A stretch of 63,725 nt of DNA, filler included, from Licmophora abbreviata (taxonomy: Eukaryota), in the NCBI GenBank assembly GCA_900291995.1. It is 6 parts of 6 records of this genome, joined end to end, with 100 filler letters (N's around TTAATTAATTAA, not from the genome) between each part and the next. Parts side by side here need not be neighbours in the genome. Positions count along the whole stretch, not along the records: positions 31,719 to 37,729 come from OLMU01001267.1; positions 37,830 to 54,943 come from OLMU01001269.1; 4 more parts are not named here. One strand, 5' to 3'. Below, piece by piece: positions 37,201 through 48,386 of the stretch. Within the stretch, counting starts at the first letter, position 1, and every line of letters begins with the position of its first letter. The notes beneath the pieces are model-generated. The model did no database searches, had not been told where the DNA came from, and was given only the letters and a program-made list of their open reading frames with translations. A program made the position numbers and the translations under genes.

Positions 37201-37244
37201 TCTCTTGGTTCCCCTGTGCTCATTCCCCTCCTGCTTGAGAGCAT
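34225..37244 (-). CDS. SET1-like histone H3K4 methyltransferase (apparent frameshift at about 34780-34858)
   Basis: SET domain [51 protein letters not shown], and post-SET CHCGASNCRGFMN. The upstream 844-aa ORF has a PHD-like Cys/His cluster and overlaps the SET frame. Confidence 0.85.
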
Positions 37245-37586
37245 TTTAGTCTGTAGCAAGCATGGGATACGCTCTCTCACCGACAGATAGTAGCAGTGTC
37301 CCGTCGTGACAAGATGGCCATGATACTGTTTCGCTGTTGGTCACAGTGGGTGAAGCTTCAGACCGCTATGTAAATGTGACAGGTCCATAAATGATTCATG
37401 GTGAACATAAGTAACACTGTCGTACCGTCCGAAAATACAAATTGATTCCAAATTTCAGAGAAGTTCGCGTATCGTAGGCGCCATGATGCCATGTGTGATG
37501 ATCGCCGTAGTCGTAGCAAAAGAGTTCCGTCATCTTTACCATCGAGACAGCACAAAAGCAGCAGCTACAGTGCATATATTGAGAGA

Positions 37587-37729
37587 ATGAACAAGACATC
37601 TCGCAAGGCACTCGTGGTGGGAGGTTCCAGCGGCATTGGCCACGGCATTGCGGTCGCGCTCGCCAAGCGCGGAGACATTGCCGTCTCCATTGCCGGTCGC
37701 AACGCCGCTCGCGGTGCCGAAATTGTCCA
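37587..37729 (+). CDS. Short-chain dehydrogenase/reductase, 5' fragment truncated by gap
   Basis: MNKTSRKALVVGGSSGIGHGIAVALAKRG..IAGRN is a Rossmann GxxxGxG motif. Confidence 0.8.
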
Positions 37730-37829
37730 NNNNNNNNNNNNNNNNNNNNNNNNNNNNNNNNNNNNNNNNNNNNTTAATTAATTAANNNNNNNNNNNNNNN
37801 NNNNNNNNNNNNNNNNNNNNNNNNNNNNN
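37730..37829. other. Scaffold gap with artificial linker
   Basis: N-run with central TTAATTAATTAA. Confidence 0.98.
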
Positions 37830-40800
37830 TATTGGGGGGATACTTGGAGCCGGGTCCGAAGGCTGTGATAAATGTGAAAGCATATTGGGCCTGTCCGCAA
37901 ACGATTGAAGAGCAAACGTAAGCTGCAAGCATCACATATGCAGCTCAAATAGAATTCTATTCAAACTTACCATCCCGCCAGCGAGAATCAATGCACGTGT
38001 CGGCACGAGGGCCAGGAAAACCCACAGAAGTATAAGCGCCGCCAAAACGACGGATGACTTGAAGGGATCCTAGAAAGCGAAGGGAAGCAGATGAGTGCAA
38101 TGAGATTAATTCATCGATCAGATTACGCGTGTCCGTTGTGAGTATGAGCGCGTTTGAACTTACAGTGAAATTAAAAGCATTTCGGATGCTTTCAACTATA
38201 TCCAGGATAGATCCAAGAAGATTCTGGACGAACAGCACGTGTCCACTGAGACCGCGGACTGTATTGAGGGCGCCGAGTGAGCTTCCGATCAAGTCGAGCT
38301 TCCCCTGTTCTGAACGAGCCGCAGATCGAATAAGCTCTTCTGCCACAACGATTGACGCCTCCTTGTCAGTGCTAGCGTCCTCTTCACTACCGGTAGGAGG
38401 TCTCCATTCGAGTGCAACGAAAACCTTTGCAGGGCGACCTTCGCTTTCGACAGCTGCAGGCACAGTGTTGTTACCACTGACGGGTATGAGACGGGTCGTC
38501 CCAGGATTGCAAACTTGAAACCATCCTTGGATCTGACCGTTCTCGGCTAGTTTTGATACAGGAACAGCAATCTCTCCAAAAACATCGTCAAACCCCGGGA
38601 GGCGATTCAGAACATCTTGGAAACGAACTTCAACGACCACAGCTCCCTGGGAGGCTCCCCAGGGCTCGAGATGGACGTTGGGATTGAAACCATCGTTTGC
38701 TGAAACTCCATCCTGTGTGCCTCGTTTCCTCTGTATCTTGATTGGCTGTAAGACAGGGAACCTGAGAGACATAGGTCGAGCTTCCGAAGATCCATGTGTC
38801 GTATCGTCGGATTGATGTAGCCGTGACTCAAAAAAAGACCCTTCCGAAGGTATAAGCTGCTGTAAGCGTTTCGTTTCCTCGCTTTCCTCTATATTATCCC
38901 AGACCGGATTGGCCGAGAATTGGTAGTTTGTCTCACCAATAACATGTATCCCCTTTAGAGATATATCGACAGTGAGAAGTTTGTCCTTTTCCTGTTGACG
39001 CTGCACGTATCGCAGTGGGTCCCAGTAGACTCGACACCCGACACTTCCCGGTAAGCCTGTGTCTCGCGAGCGAATATCAGTCCCCTTCTGAACTCTAACT
39101 TCCACTGAGCCGATGGGACGGTGTACTGCATACTTTACAGAAGAATTCTTTTCGCTCTATGTTGGCAGAGTAAGAGTCGCATGACAACGTGAGATAAGAC
39201 TAACCTGGAGAGGAACACAACGCATTTGCAAGATGTGCAATCACTCACCATTGTTCGAGCAGCTGTCTCTCGCGCAATAAAGCGATCTTTCAGATGCCCT
39301 CGCTTTCTAACAGAGGCCAGGTACAGCATTACAACGATGACGGAGAAAACCGGCAAGCTACAGGCAAGCAGAAGTGAGAAGGCTGAAATCAGTGCAGTAC
39401 CAATTTACAGAAGGATGAACACAATCACCGTACCTGCCAATATATTCCGTGTTAAATCGCAAGCAAAATGTCACGAAAATAATGAGTGACAACCCTGTGA
39501 GGGCTGGGTCCTGCCAGCTTATCGTATACGTATACATGCCGACAGCATGCTTAATATCCTTGACCAGAGCCCCGATCCGTGCCATGTGAAGCTGGAACAT
39601 TTCAAGGTTGAGCTCTTCCGGAGGCCGCGGTGGGCATTCTACAGGTGTAGAGCCATACAAACGATGCATGTCCTCCGAGATGCACAAGTCAACCTCGATC
39701 CATCCTGAGATTTTCCCTAAAACAAGGCACCGATTCCAGAGCTTTGAGTGAGGAAACAGGCTGATGGATCATTCAAGGATAAAAAGGCAAAAGCGCTTAC
39801 CAGGACTTGAATCGTCGCTCTTCGCATTGGCGTTGGTTCTCGGGGCAACAAAGAAGTCGGAGCTAAACCCACTTTTTACATCGCTGCGAAGTTCAAGCGT
39901 GACTCGCCTTTTCTCGACGATGCCCTGAGGAGCACGAAATGGTGATATTACGGCAAAATCATCCCTCGACACCATCACGTCGCGTTCCTGTTGCAGCAAA
40001 CCCTGCGCGGTCAGTAAAGCTGTACCGATTGGATTGTCAGTAGTTGCATCAATAACTTCTATTCGATATTCAATTCCATAGTGCGGCCTGGAGGAGAAGC
40101 ATCAGAGGTGAGTGTATGTATGGCACATGCTATGGTCGAGAATAGTATCACTTACATATCGAAGGTCATGTCCGCCGAGTCGAACTGAGGTTTCCCTGTA
40201 TTCTGAACGGTTTGTGTTCGTGAACTTTCTTGGTTACCCTTCATCGATATGCGGACGTAGTGGTCACCTGCGCGGACATCGTCGTCCTCGACCATCTGGT
40301 GCAACATATGAGGATCTGCATCGGGCGACAATGCCTTCTCGAAGATACAGGCACGGACCACACTAAGAGTCAAGCTTCCGATTGACGGCTTATCCTTGAC
40401 GACGCTTTCCAATTTCTGCAGGCCTAGTTTGTTCGTGTCTTGTTCGTCGTCTTTCGCTAGCGATACTAACCTATCCGGACTGACAGGAGCAACGACATTC
40501 ATCAGACTACTCATTGTCATTTTCGACTGAATGGCGCTCTCTACCGCCTCACGTGCAAGTGACGATCCACAAGGAAGCTGGAGGTCTACTTGAAGCTGGC
40601 AGTCCGCGCAGCAGTCGATAGAACACGCCTCGCATCGATACCCTCGCTTCCATCCAACAATGAGGGTCGAACATACAGAACACGTCGCAGGGACAAAGAA
40701 CGACTGAACCCGCATCAGATGAAGTTTCTTCGGGTTCCTCGCCGATAACATGAAAGACGGCATAGACCCGATGGATCTTCCAGAGTGACTTGTCTTTGTC

Positions 40801-42230
40801 GAGGCATTCTTGGTGACTGACGCTGTGCGTACAGGAGTCGGAGGTGCACTAATTTCACCGACGTCGTCCGTTTCGTCACCACCGGCGCACGAAGTGACGC
40901 TGCCTCCCTCAAAGTCGTCTGGTAAAAACATTGCTTCCAGTAGCACTAGAGGTCCCTGATCTTCTTCCTTTCTGGAGGTCTCTAGCTTCCTCGGCGTCAT
41001 GGCTGCGCACCATTGCTTCTTCCACACGCCAGGCGACCGCATGAGCGGATCACACGACAGCCGAAGCGTGCACACGGTGAACTCCATCACATTCAATGGT
41101 TGAAACATCACATCCACAGCAAGAGTCGGTATGGGAGTATCTTGATTGTTCCACGCGTGAACCATCGAGCAGAATCCCGCGTCAGTGAGGTGATCCCACC
41201 GCACACATACCCCGGTCGCGTCGGGTCCCAGAAACGCCCTCGTCGGCTCCGTGCGCACACGACCCTTCCACGGAGGCAGAGCAGCAATAGCCTGCACCAT
41301 CGAACCCGCAGGACATGAGAGTCTTTGGGCCGCTATCAGCCGAACATGCACGACTCCGTGAGAGTTCTTGGACGCTTCAAGTGGCGTAAAGGCAGAATCT
41401 GCAATCCAAGGTGCAAGGGGCATGCCGAGATCAAAGTCGGAAAATTCATCGACACTATCGGTTTCATCTTCGTCCTCATCAGGTTCATTCGAAATCATAT
41501 CCGCGTTTGACTCTTCTCTCTCAATGCTAATCGACAGAGGCAGTCGGCCTCCCTCCTCCGCCAAAGTCGGAGCATCGATCTCATGACGTGGAATGGAAGC
41601 GGTACCCTCTTTGTGACTAACGGAATCGCCCTCTTCTTTTTTCTCACTCTGATACAATACTGCATCTGCTAAAGCCTCCGTCGAGTCGGACTCGTCAATA
41701 GGAGGACCATCGGATGCTTTCCCGTCTCTGGCTACTAGCATGCTTCCCTCCGGAGACAGCGGCGTCGTCCCGGACGAAGGCGCTTCGGCAACAAACGTCT
41801 CAAACTCTGCACTTTCCTCCCCTTCAGTATTGCCTCCTTGTTCAAAACTACTACTACGAGCGGATGGAGTCACAGACATGGAAGAGGATTGACGGTGCAT
41901 GTATCGATGATGACGGCTCAAGGTCGGCGGATGGGAGCAGAATTGGGATACATTGTCTCGCAGTGTCGCAAGTCCATCGTGAATGGGCGCAAGAGAGGAG
42001 AGTGTGGGAGCAGTCGGCGGTGGTTCCGGTACTATATGTTTCGAGTCGTCATGGGAGGCTTCGTGATTCTGCTGCTCCTGACTTGTTATCGTGGTCTCGT
42101 TTTGCTGCGGGTCGTCTTGATGCTCCTCCTGTGCTCTCTCCTCCTCGCCTCTGTGTTCCTGCCAAGACGAAAGTAATCCAGGAATTTCAGCACGGTTGAT
42201 TGCATCGTCAATCTTGTCGAGCCACTGCAT
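37830..42230 (-). CDS. Multi-C2, C1-domain transmembrane protein (MCTP-like), 3' partial
   Basis: In-frame GT-AG introns 40088-40155, 39717-39800, 39358-39433, 39157-39248, 38070-38163 and 37891-37970. C1 zinc finger HLMRVQSFFVPATCSVCST..GYRCEACSIDCCADC..C, several C2-like beta segments, and hydrophobic SWQDP../FNFTDPFKS.. regions like PRT_C. Confidence 0.8.
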
Positions 42231-42702
42231 AGTGGTGACCACACGACCCAAAACGAAGAATTCGTTCCCTTCAATTCCGCCTTTTTTCTCTTCACGGTTC
42301 GTTCGTCTTTTCAAAAGATCAAGTGACCAGTACTACACTGGAAGCCGTCTCGTTGCATTCTGATGAAAGACAGAGCGGAGGAACACGGTTCTTGTCGTGA
42401 AAGTGTCGTGGCCGATGTGTGTCATGACGGTGCTCCCTTGTCGTCAACAGTCACCTCTTTCTCGTGCCATCACATCACACAACGCGCGGGGTTCACCTCA
42501 CAGATCGGCGTCCTCCCGTCGACAGTGCTGTATTCCAAAGTTATCGTACATTCTACGTGCGTACCAGGAGTACCAATTCTACGAAGATTCATCATTCAGC
42601 CACGAGTTCCAACATTTCGCTCATACATCAAGCAAAAGCATGGACCGACCACCATGGGGAAAATAGTCCTTACAAAAAGAGCATAGAATCCCACTCTCAA
42701 GA

Positions 42703-45700
42703 ATGAGCTCAGCAGCACCCCCTGTATCTAGTACAGAAGCGGCTGCTGCAGCAGAGCGAAAGCGCAAGCGACTAGAGGCATGGAGGAAGCGACAGCAGCA
42801 GAATGCGACCGACGCCAATTCATCATCGTCCACGACCACCACCAATGGTCCCCCTGTCATGAAGGTTTCACTTTCGTTGGCAGGAGTTTCAAACAAATCA
42901 CTGGTGGAGAAGAAAAAGATCAAGCGAAAGGTTGTCGCACCAAAGGTCGTAAATCCTTTTCAGGATGATAATGAGAATGAGGACGGCCTCCTCGGCGGTG
43001 ACAACAACTCCCGCAGCACTACTAGTAAGCCCGCTTTGGAACTGCTCGATCTGGATCACGATGCCGATGATGAAGAAGATGACAATGACAGTCCCAAAAC
43101 GGACAAGAAGTTTACGAAGAAACGATCGAGAAAAGGTTCCTCCAGGGATGATGATGCGACTTCCAGTAGCAAGAAACGACGGAAAAAGTCCTCCAGGTGG
43201 GATCAGTCGGGTGACGATGACGCTACAAATAAGACTTCAGAATCTTCCGCCTACAAGAAGAAGAAACGAGAGGAAAATAGCAATACTGCCATGGACGATG
43301 CACTGGACAAATTCATGGAAAAATTACAGGCTGGCGCCATGGGGACCATAGCCACACAGCAGACAGACGTGACGTTATCGATTGACGTGAGTGGGTCCAT
43401 GACACGACTCGGAGATCACAAGCAAGTCCCGGCTGCTCCTATTTCGGGAGGGGTTATTACTCCCGAGGAGTTGGCACTCTTGTCTCAAAAGGGGGACAAT
43501 ACGGGGAACACTAAGAAACCAACGGAGGCCTTGTATACTGCCAGTGACTGGGAGAGCGATGCACAACACAACAACCAGTCCGAGCCAGAGACAGATGAAG
43601 ACGAGGAGACTGCACGACGAAGTCTGATTGAGGCACTCAAATCGGCACCTACCCCGGCTGATGTGGAAGAAGAAGCTCTCTCGACACGCCCGGCTCAACT
43701 CATGGCGGAAGTGAAATCGGAAAAGCATCGACGAGAAGAACGACTCAAGGATCTGGAAAAGGAGGCTGAAGTAGCGAGGCAATCCGCGGAAGCCGCTGCT
43801 GCCCCTGAATTTGGTCGACTCTATAATGACGCCGAGGGTGGTGTTATGGAAGAGGCAGAACGAAACTTGGATGCTGCCATGGCAGCACCGGATGCCCTTC
43901 AAGTCTTGGCAGAGCTCAACAAGAAAAAGGAGCTGAAGGCGGTTGATCACAGCCAAGTGGACTACATCACTTTCAAAAAGAACCTGTACATTGTGCCACG
44001 AGCGCTTGCTAGTCTATCGAGCGATGATGTGGCAGACCGACGTGCCAAGCTCAAAGTCAAGGTTCGTGGTAAGGGAGCCCCGGTACCTGTATCGAGCTTT
44101 GAAGAGTGCGGTCTCTCGGAGCGAATGCTGAAAATTATGGAAAGGCAAAGCATTACCACACCGTTCCCAGTTCAGGCACAATGTCTTCCATGTATTATGG
44201 CGGGACGCGACGTGATTGGAATAGCAAAGACTGGGAGCGGCAAGACCTTGGCGTATCTTTTGCCCATGTTACGTCACATCGGGGACCAACCGCCATTGGC
44301 GCAGAACGAATCGGGCCCCGTTGGTTTGGTACTTGCTCCGGCTCGGGAGCTTTGCGTACAGATTCATTCCGTCTGCAAACTCTTTGCGAAGCAATTGGGG
44401 CTCAAGTCTACGGCCATCTATGGGGGAGCAGGCGTTGCCGAGCAAATTGCGGATCTGAAACGTGGCACTCACATTGTAGTCGCCACTCCGGGGAGGCTCA
44501 TTGACATTCTGACCATGCAGTCTGGTAAAATTCTCTCGCTGCAACGAGTATCGTATGTAGTAATGGATGAGGCTGATCGGATGTTTGACATGGGCTTTGC
44601 GCCGCAAATATCTGCCGTTCTGACTGCTGTGCGTCCGGACCGACAAACTGTTTTGTTCTCGGCTACGTTTCCCAAGGTTGTTGAGGCTTTGGCAAGAAAA
44701 TCTCTTAAATTTCCTATTGAAGTTATTGTGGGTGGGCGTTCCGTGGCGTCAGACTCGGTGACGCAGTACGCTGAACTCGTAGAAGAAGAAGAGAAATTCC
44801 TTCGGCTTTTGCAGCTCCTTGGGGAGCACGTGGACAACGGAAAGAAAGTCATTGTCTTTGTTGACACGCAGGTCAAGGCAGATTCTCTCTTTGAGCAGCT
44901 CATACGATGCGGATACTCGTCACTGTCGCTACATGGTGGGAAGGAGCAAGACGATCGGGACTCAACGATTTCTGATTTCAAACGCAAGGACGGACCGGGT
45001 GTACTGGTCGCCACTGGCGTTGCTGGTCGTGGTTTGGATGTTCCTTCGATAGGTTGCGTCATCAATTTCAGCTCACCGAACCACCTTGAAGCATATGTGC
45101 ATCAAGTGGGTCGCACAGGAAGAGCTGGTAACAAGGGTGTCTCGTATACGTTTGTAAACTCCACGGACGAGGCCAAGTTTGCGCCGATCATCGTGCGGGC
45201 ACTCAGCGAGGCTGGCCAGTCTGAGAACATTGATGCAGCACTGAGACAGCTATCTGAATCCTTCAAGGACAAAGTAAAAAAGGGAGAGGCCAAGTATGCC
45301 GGATCTGGATTCAAGGGTAAAGGGTACAGCTACGACTCGAACGAACTGAACGAATCGCAGAAATTGGCTCGGGCCGAGAAACGCCAGGCGCTGATTGAGG
45401 CTGGTCTTGTGGATCCCGAGGAAGAAGAGGCTGCGCTGGTCGAAGCAGAAAAGGCCCAAGCATCTGCAGCATCGAGCGCCAACGAATCTGCTGACAAGGC
45501 GAAGGCTGCCGAATTGCAGACAAAGCTAACACCGGAGCTCCTTGCGCTGCCTGGTATGAAACAAGCCTTTATGAAGCAGGCTGGTCTCTTGCCTGAAGAA
45601 GAAAATGCAGATGACCCGAAACTTGGTCGCCCTGTGCAGATGGGGCCAAATCACTTTTTGCAAGAATTCGACATCAACGAATACCCTCGCGAGGCGAGAT

Positions 45701-45966
45701 GGAAGGTTACACAGAAGGAAACGACATCTCGCTTACAGGACGAGTTCCAGACTGCCGTGACACTGAAAGGTGTCTACGTTGGCCCGAACCAGAAGCTGGA
45801 GGAGGGGCAAAGATCACTCTACCTTCACTTGGAGGCTCAAAGTGAACAGATCTTGGCGAACTGCGTTGTGGAAATCCGTCGTCTGCTGAACGAAGAGACC
45901 CTCCGCGTCGGCGCTCGTGGTCTTTCTGGATCGAGCAGCCACAAGTACAACGTTCTTGGCAAGTAG
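42703..45966 (+). CDS. DDX46: Pre-mRNA-processing DEAD-box RNA helicase DDX46/Prp5
   Basis: RKRLEAWRK N-terminus, AKTGSGKT, DEADRMFDMGF, RPDRQTVLFSAT, GRTGRAG, GFKGKGY and a C-terminal KH-like INEYPREARWKVT. Intronless, 1087 aa. Confidence 0.95.
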   Translation: MSSAAPPVSSTEAAAAAERKRKRLEAWRKRQQQNATDANSSSSTTTTNGPPVMKVSLSLAGVSNKSLVEKKKIKRKVVAPKVVNPFQDDNENEDGLLGGDNNSRSTTSKPALELLDLDHDADDEEDDNDSPKTDKKFTKKRSRKGSSRDDDATSSSKKRRKKSSRWDQSGDDDATNKTSESSAYKKKKREENSNTAMDDALDKFMEKLQAGAMGTIATQQTDVTLSIDVSGSMTRLGDHKQVPAAPISGGVITPEELALLSQKGDNTGNTKKPTEALYTASDWESDAQHNNQSEPETDEDEETARRSLIEALKSAPTPADVEEEALSTRPAQLMAEVKSEKHRREERLKDLEKEAEVARQSAEAAAAPEFGRLYNDAEGGVMEEAERNLDAAMAAPDALQVLAELNKKKELKAVDHSQVDYITFKKNLYIVPRALASLSSDDVADRRAKLKVKVRGKGAPVPVSSFEECGLSERMLKIMERQSITTPFPVQAQCLPCIMAGRDVIGIAKTGSGKTLAYLLPMLRHIGDQPPLAQNESGPVGLVLAPARELCVQIHSVCKLFAKQLGLKSTAIYGGAGVAEQIADLKRGTHIVVATPGRLIDILTMQSGKILSLQRVSYVVMDEADRMFDMGFAPQISAVLTAVRPDRQTVLFSATFPKVVEALARKSLKFPIEVIVGGRSVASDSVTQYAELVEEEEKFLRLLQLLGEHVDNGKKVIVFVDTQVKADSLFEQLIRCGYSSLSLHGGKEQDDRDSTISDFKRKDGPGVLVATGVAGRGLDVPSIGCVINFSSPNHLEAYVHQVGRTGRAGNKGVSYTFVNSTDEAKFAPIIVRALSEAGQSENIDAALRQLSESFKDKVKKGEAKYAGSGFKGKGYSYDSNELNESQKLARAEKRQALIEAGLVDPEEEEAALVEAEKAQASAASSANESADKAKAAELQTKLTPELLALPGMKQAFMKQAGLLPEEENADDPKLGRPVQMGPNHFLQEFDINEYPREARWKVTQKETTSRLQDEFQTAVTLKGVYVGPNQKLEEGQRSLYLHLEAQSEQILANCVVEIRRLLNEETLRVGARGLSGSSSHKYNVLGK

Positions 45967-46020
45967 TGCGGAATACGTTCTAAGTTTTGCTCCTACTTTT
46001 AGACTATCACTGTCGCATTA

Positions 46021-46931
46021 TTACGATTCAATTCGTAGCATTGTTTTGAGCAGTCGCGGGTCGGCATACCAGTCCAACTCGCTCCCCAGTAGTAGATCCT
46101 GTACGACTCTTTTCAGTATCCGAGTCTCCGAAGCGACGTCTCGATGGTGGCTCGATGAAGCATACATAGCCACGTCTGTCCTTGTACCATTCCCCTTATG
46201 CATTTCTAGCCATTGGTCCCGATTCAGTTGCTGCAGTGCTGTACACTGCTGTTGTATCTCCTGCAGCTCGTTTTGAAGGCTTTCCAGTCGTCGCTGTGTT
46301 TCTAAATTAGCCCTAACTTGCTCATCTCTAGCTTTCAATGCCTCTCGCACCAAAACGGCCTCGTGTTGACTCGTCTCTTCGTTGTTTTGATCTCTAGTAG
46401 TATAACCCAGCTGCTGCAACGCCATACTTGACATCTGCAGCCTACGCCACAATAGATTCTCCTGCTGTTGGCGTATCGATTCGTCCAGTATATCATGTTG
46501 GAGCTGGTGAGAGGAGGTCATCATGGTCGACGACGATGATCTACCGCCTTCTACTGCACGTGGTCGCTTCTTGCCGCGCGCCTGTGAGGCCCGAGCATCG
46601 ACAACCTGACGATCCAGCCACTCCCCAGTCTGAATCTCTCTTGCCAATCTGACATCAATCGATGCACTGGTACCGATAGAAGTACCATGCTGAGCCAGGG
46701 TCCGACAGGAGAGCGCTTGACGCGTAATGGAAGTACAGGATTGGAGCAAGCGTGTCATTGTTGAGTCCTTCTTGTGCCGTTGATCGTTGGAACTAGCTGC
46801 AGATTCTTTTCCAGGGAAAGGCCTTTCAAAGTCATCGTCCACGGGTTCCATCGCGGTGTCGCAGAGATGCTTCACAAAAGCTCAGGGTGATGGTGTTGAA
46901 TGCGACGGCGCGGCGCCGAACGTTTCGCCAT
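46021..46931 (-). CDS. Centromere protein H (CENP-H)-like coiled-coil protein (possible 1-nt deletion at 46876-46879)
   Basis: Coiled coil followed by C-terminal VVQDLLLGSELDWYADPRL, matching the CENP-H terminal motif as I recall it (QxLIxGSxVxWAEDPxL). ATG at 46931 requires one frameshift; an alternative start is MEPVDD. Confidence 0.65.
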
Positions 46932-47180
46932 GTTGAATGTCGTCGGTGGTCGGTCGGTGGTTATCCGCGCGGCTAAAACCTGTCTACGAGCTCTGAACTC
47001 CCCGATCAGTGAGGGAGCTCGTGTCTTTGCGAGCTCTTCTCGATTTTCGTCGCTATGGTTCATGTTCAATGTGACTGTGTGTGTGTTTGTGCAAGATGGA
47101 ACATGGCGACAGATTCGCCGTCGTTGTGATACCTTTCTCCTTTCTTCTCGTGTCTCTACTCCTTACTTCTGATTACAATC

Positions 47181-48304
47181 ATGGCTTCAGCTCCATCCGG
47201 CAATGAACCGCCTCCTCCGAACCCGATTTTATCGGCGTACGAGTCATTCGTCCGCGACACTCCTATTGTCACTCGCTACGCCATGACAACACTCGTGTGC
47301 TCCTGGATAGTGAGCTTCTTTGCCGATCCCACGTTTGCCTTGGCCAACATTCCCAGTTTCACTGTATTGAAATTTGAGATTTATCGTCTCGTACTGTCGC
47401 CGCTGGTGTGCACGAACATTCTGTCCCTCGTCTTTGCCTACATTAGCTTCTTGGATCATGGCAAGCGTTTGGAATTCAGCATCGGAAGTACGGCGTTCGC
47501 CTGGATGCTGTTGTCCATTGCATTTTACAGTAACACGGCATTCTTGTTACTGTGTTTCACTCTCTACGGTGTCTCGGGTGGCGATGAAGGTCCTCTCCAC
47601 TACAATGCCGCAGGAATCTGGACTGTCTTGCTCGCTCTGATTGCTATTGAGTGCTGCAAGGCTCCGGCGGGGTCGCAGCGGCGCTTGTTCTTCCTGACTG
47701 TGCCCACCCTTTACTATCCCCTTGCGCTCTTTGGACTCTTTTCCCTGTTTGGGGGATTCCGATTGTGTTATATCCTCAGTATTGGGGTCGGGTATGCGTA
47801 CGGGTGCGTGCAACAGAGATATGTGTACCTAGTGTCCGTTGAAGGACGTGTCTCACTCCTGCACCTCTCTTCCTTCGTGACAACAGAAGAGGCTACTTTG
47901 ATCGCTTCATGGTGAGCGAGTCGAGATTCAAGCAGTGGGAGGACACGACGTTGGTCAATTTTACGCACCGTGAGGGATGGGTCGTTGGGCAGGCTGCGAC
48001 CGGAAGTGCGGCATGGAACAATATGGGAGAGGGCGGTGGACGCGGTGGATTCAACATGTTTGCTCCACCGCAGCAACAGCAGCAGCAGGGGGGTAGTGGC
48101 ACTGGATTTGCACCGACACCCGTGAGGGCTCCGGTAGATCCAGCGGCACCGACAGCGCCCGCTGCTGCGTCAGGGGGCTTTCCAGGTACGGGTGGGAGGA
48201 CGCTTGGCAGTGCGTCGAGACGTCATACGGCTAGTGATGCGCGTACAGCTCGATTGGAGGCACTCGAACGGAGAGCAGCGGAAGAAGCGGGAGACAATGT
48301 GTAA
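47181..48304 (+). CDS. Rhomboid/Derlin-superfamily pseudoprotease with C-terminal p97-binding motifs
   Basis: Intron 47804-47886 joins two ORFs. TPIVTR, EIYRLVLSPL, GKRLEFSIGS, multiple TMs and GVGYAYG. The tail has FPGTGGRTLG and ARTARLEALERR. Confidence 0.8.
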
Positions 48305-48386
48305 CCTTGACAAGTATTAGTTAGATTGCATATAGAATGCACGCTTTCGTTCACGAGTACGTAAATACGGCTTAGTCAGTGCGTGG

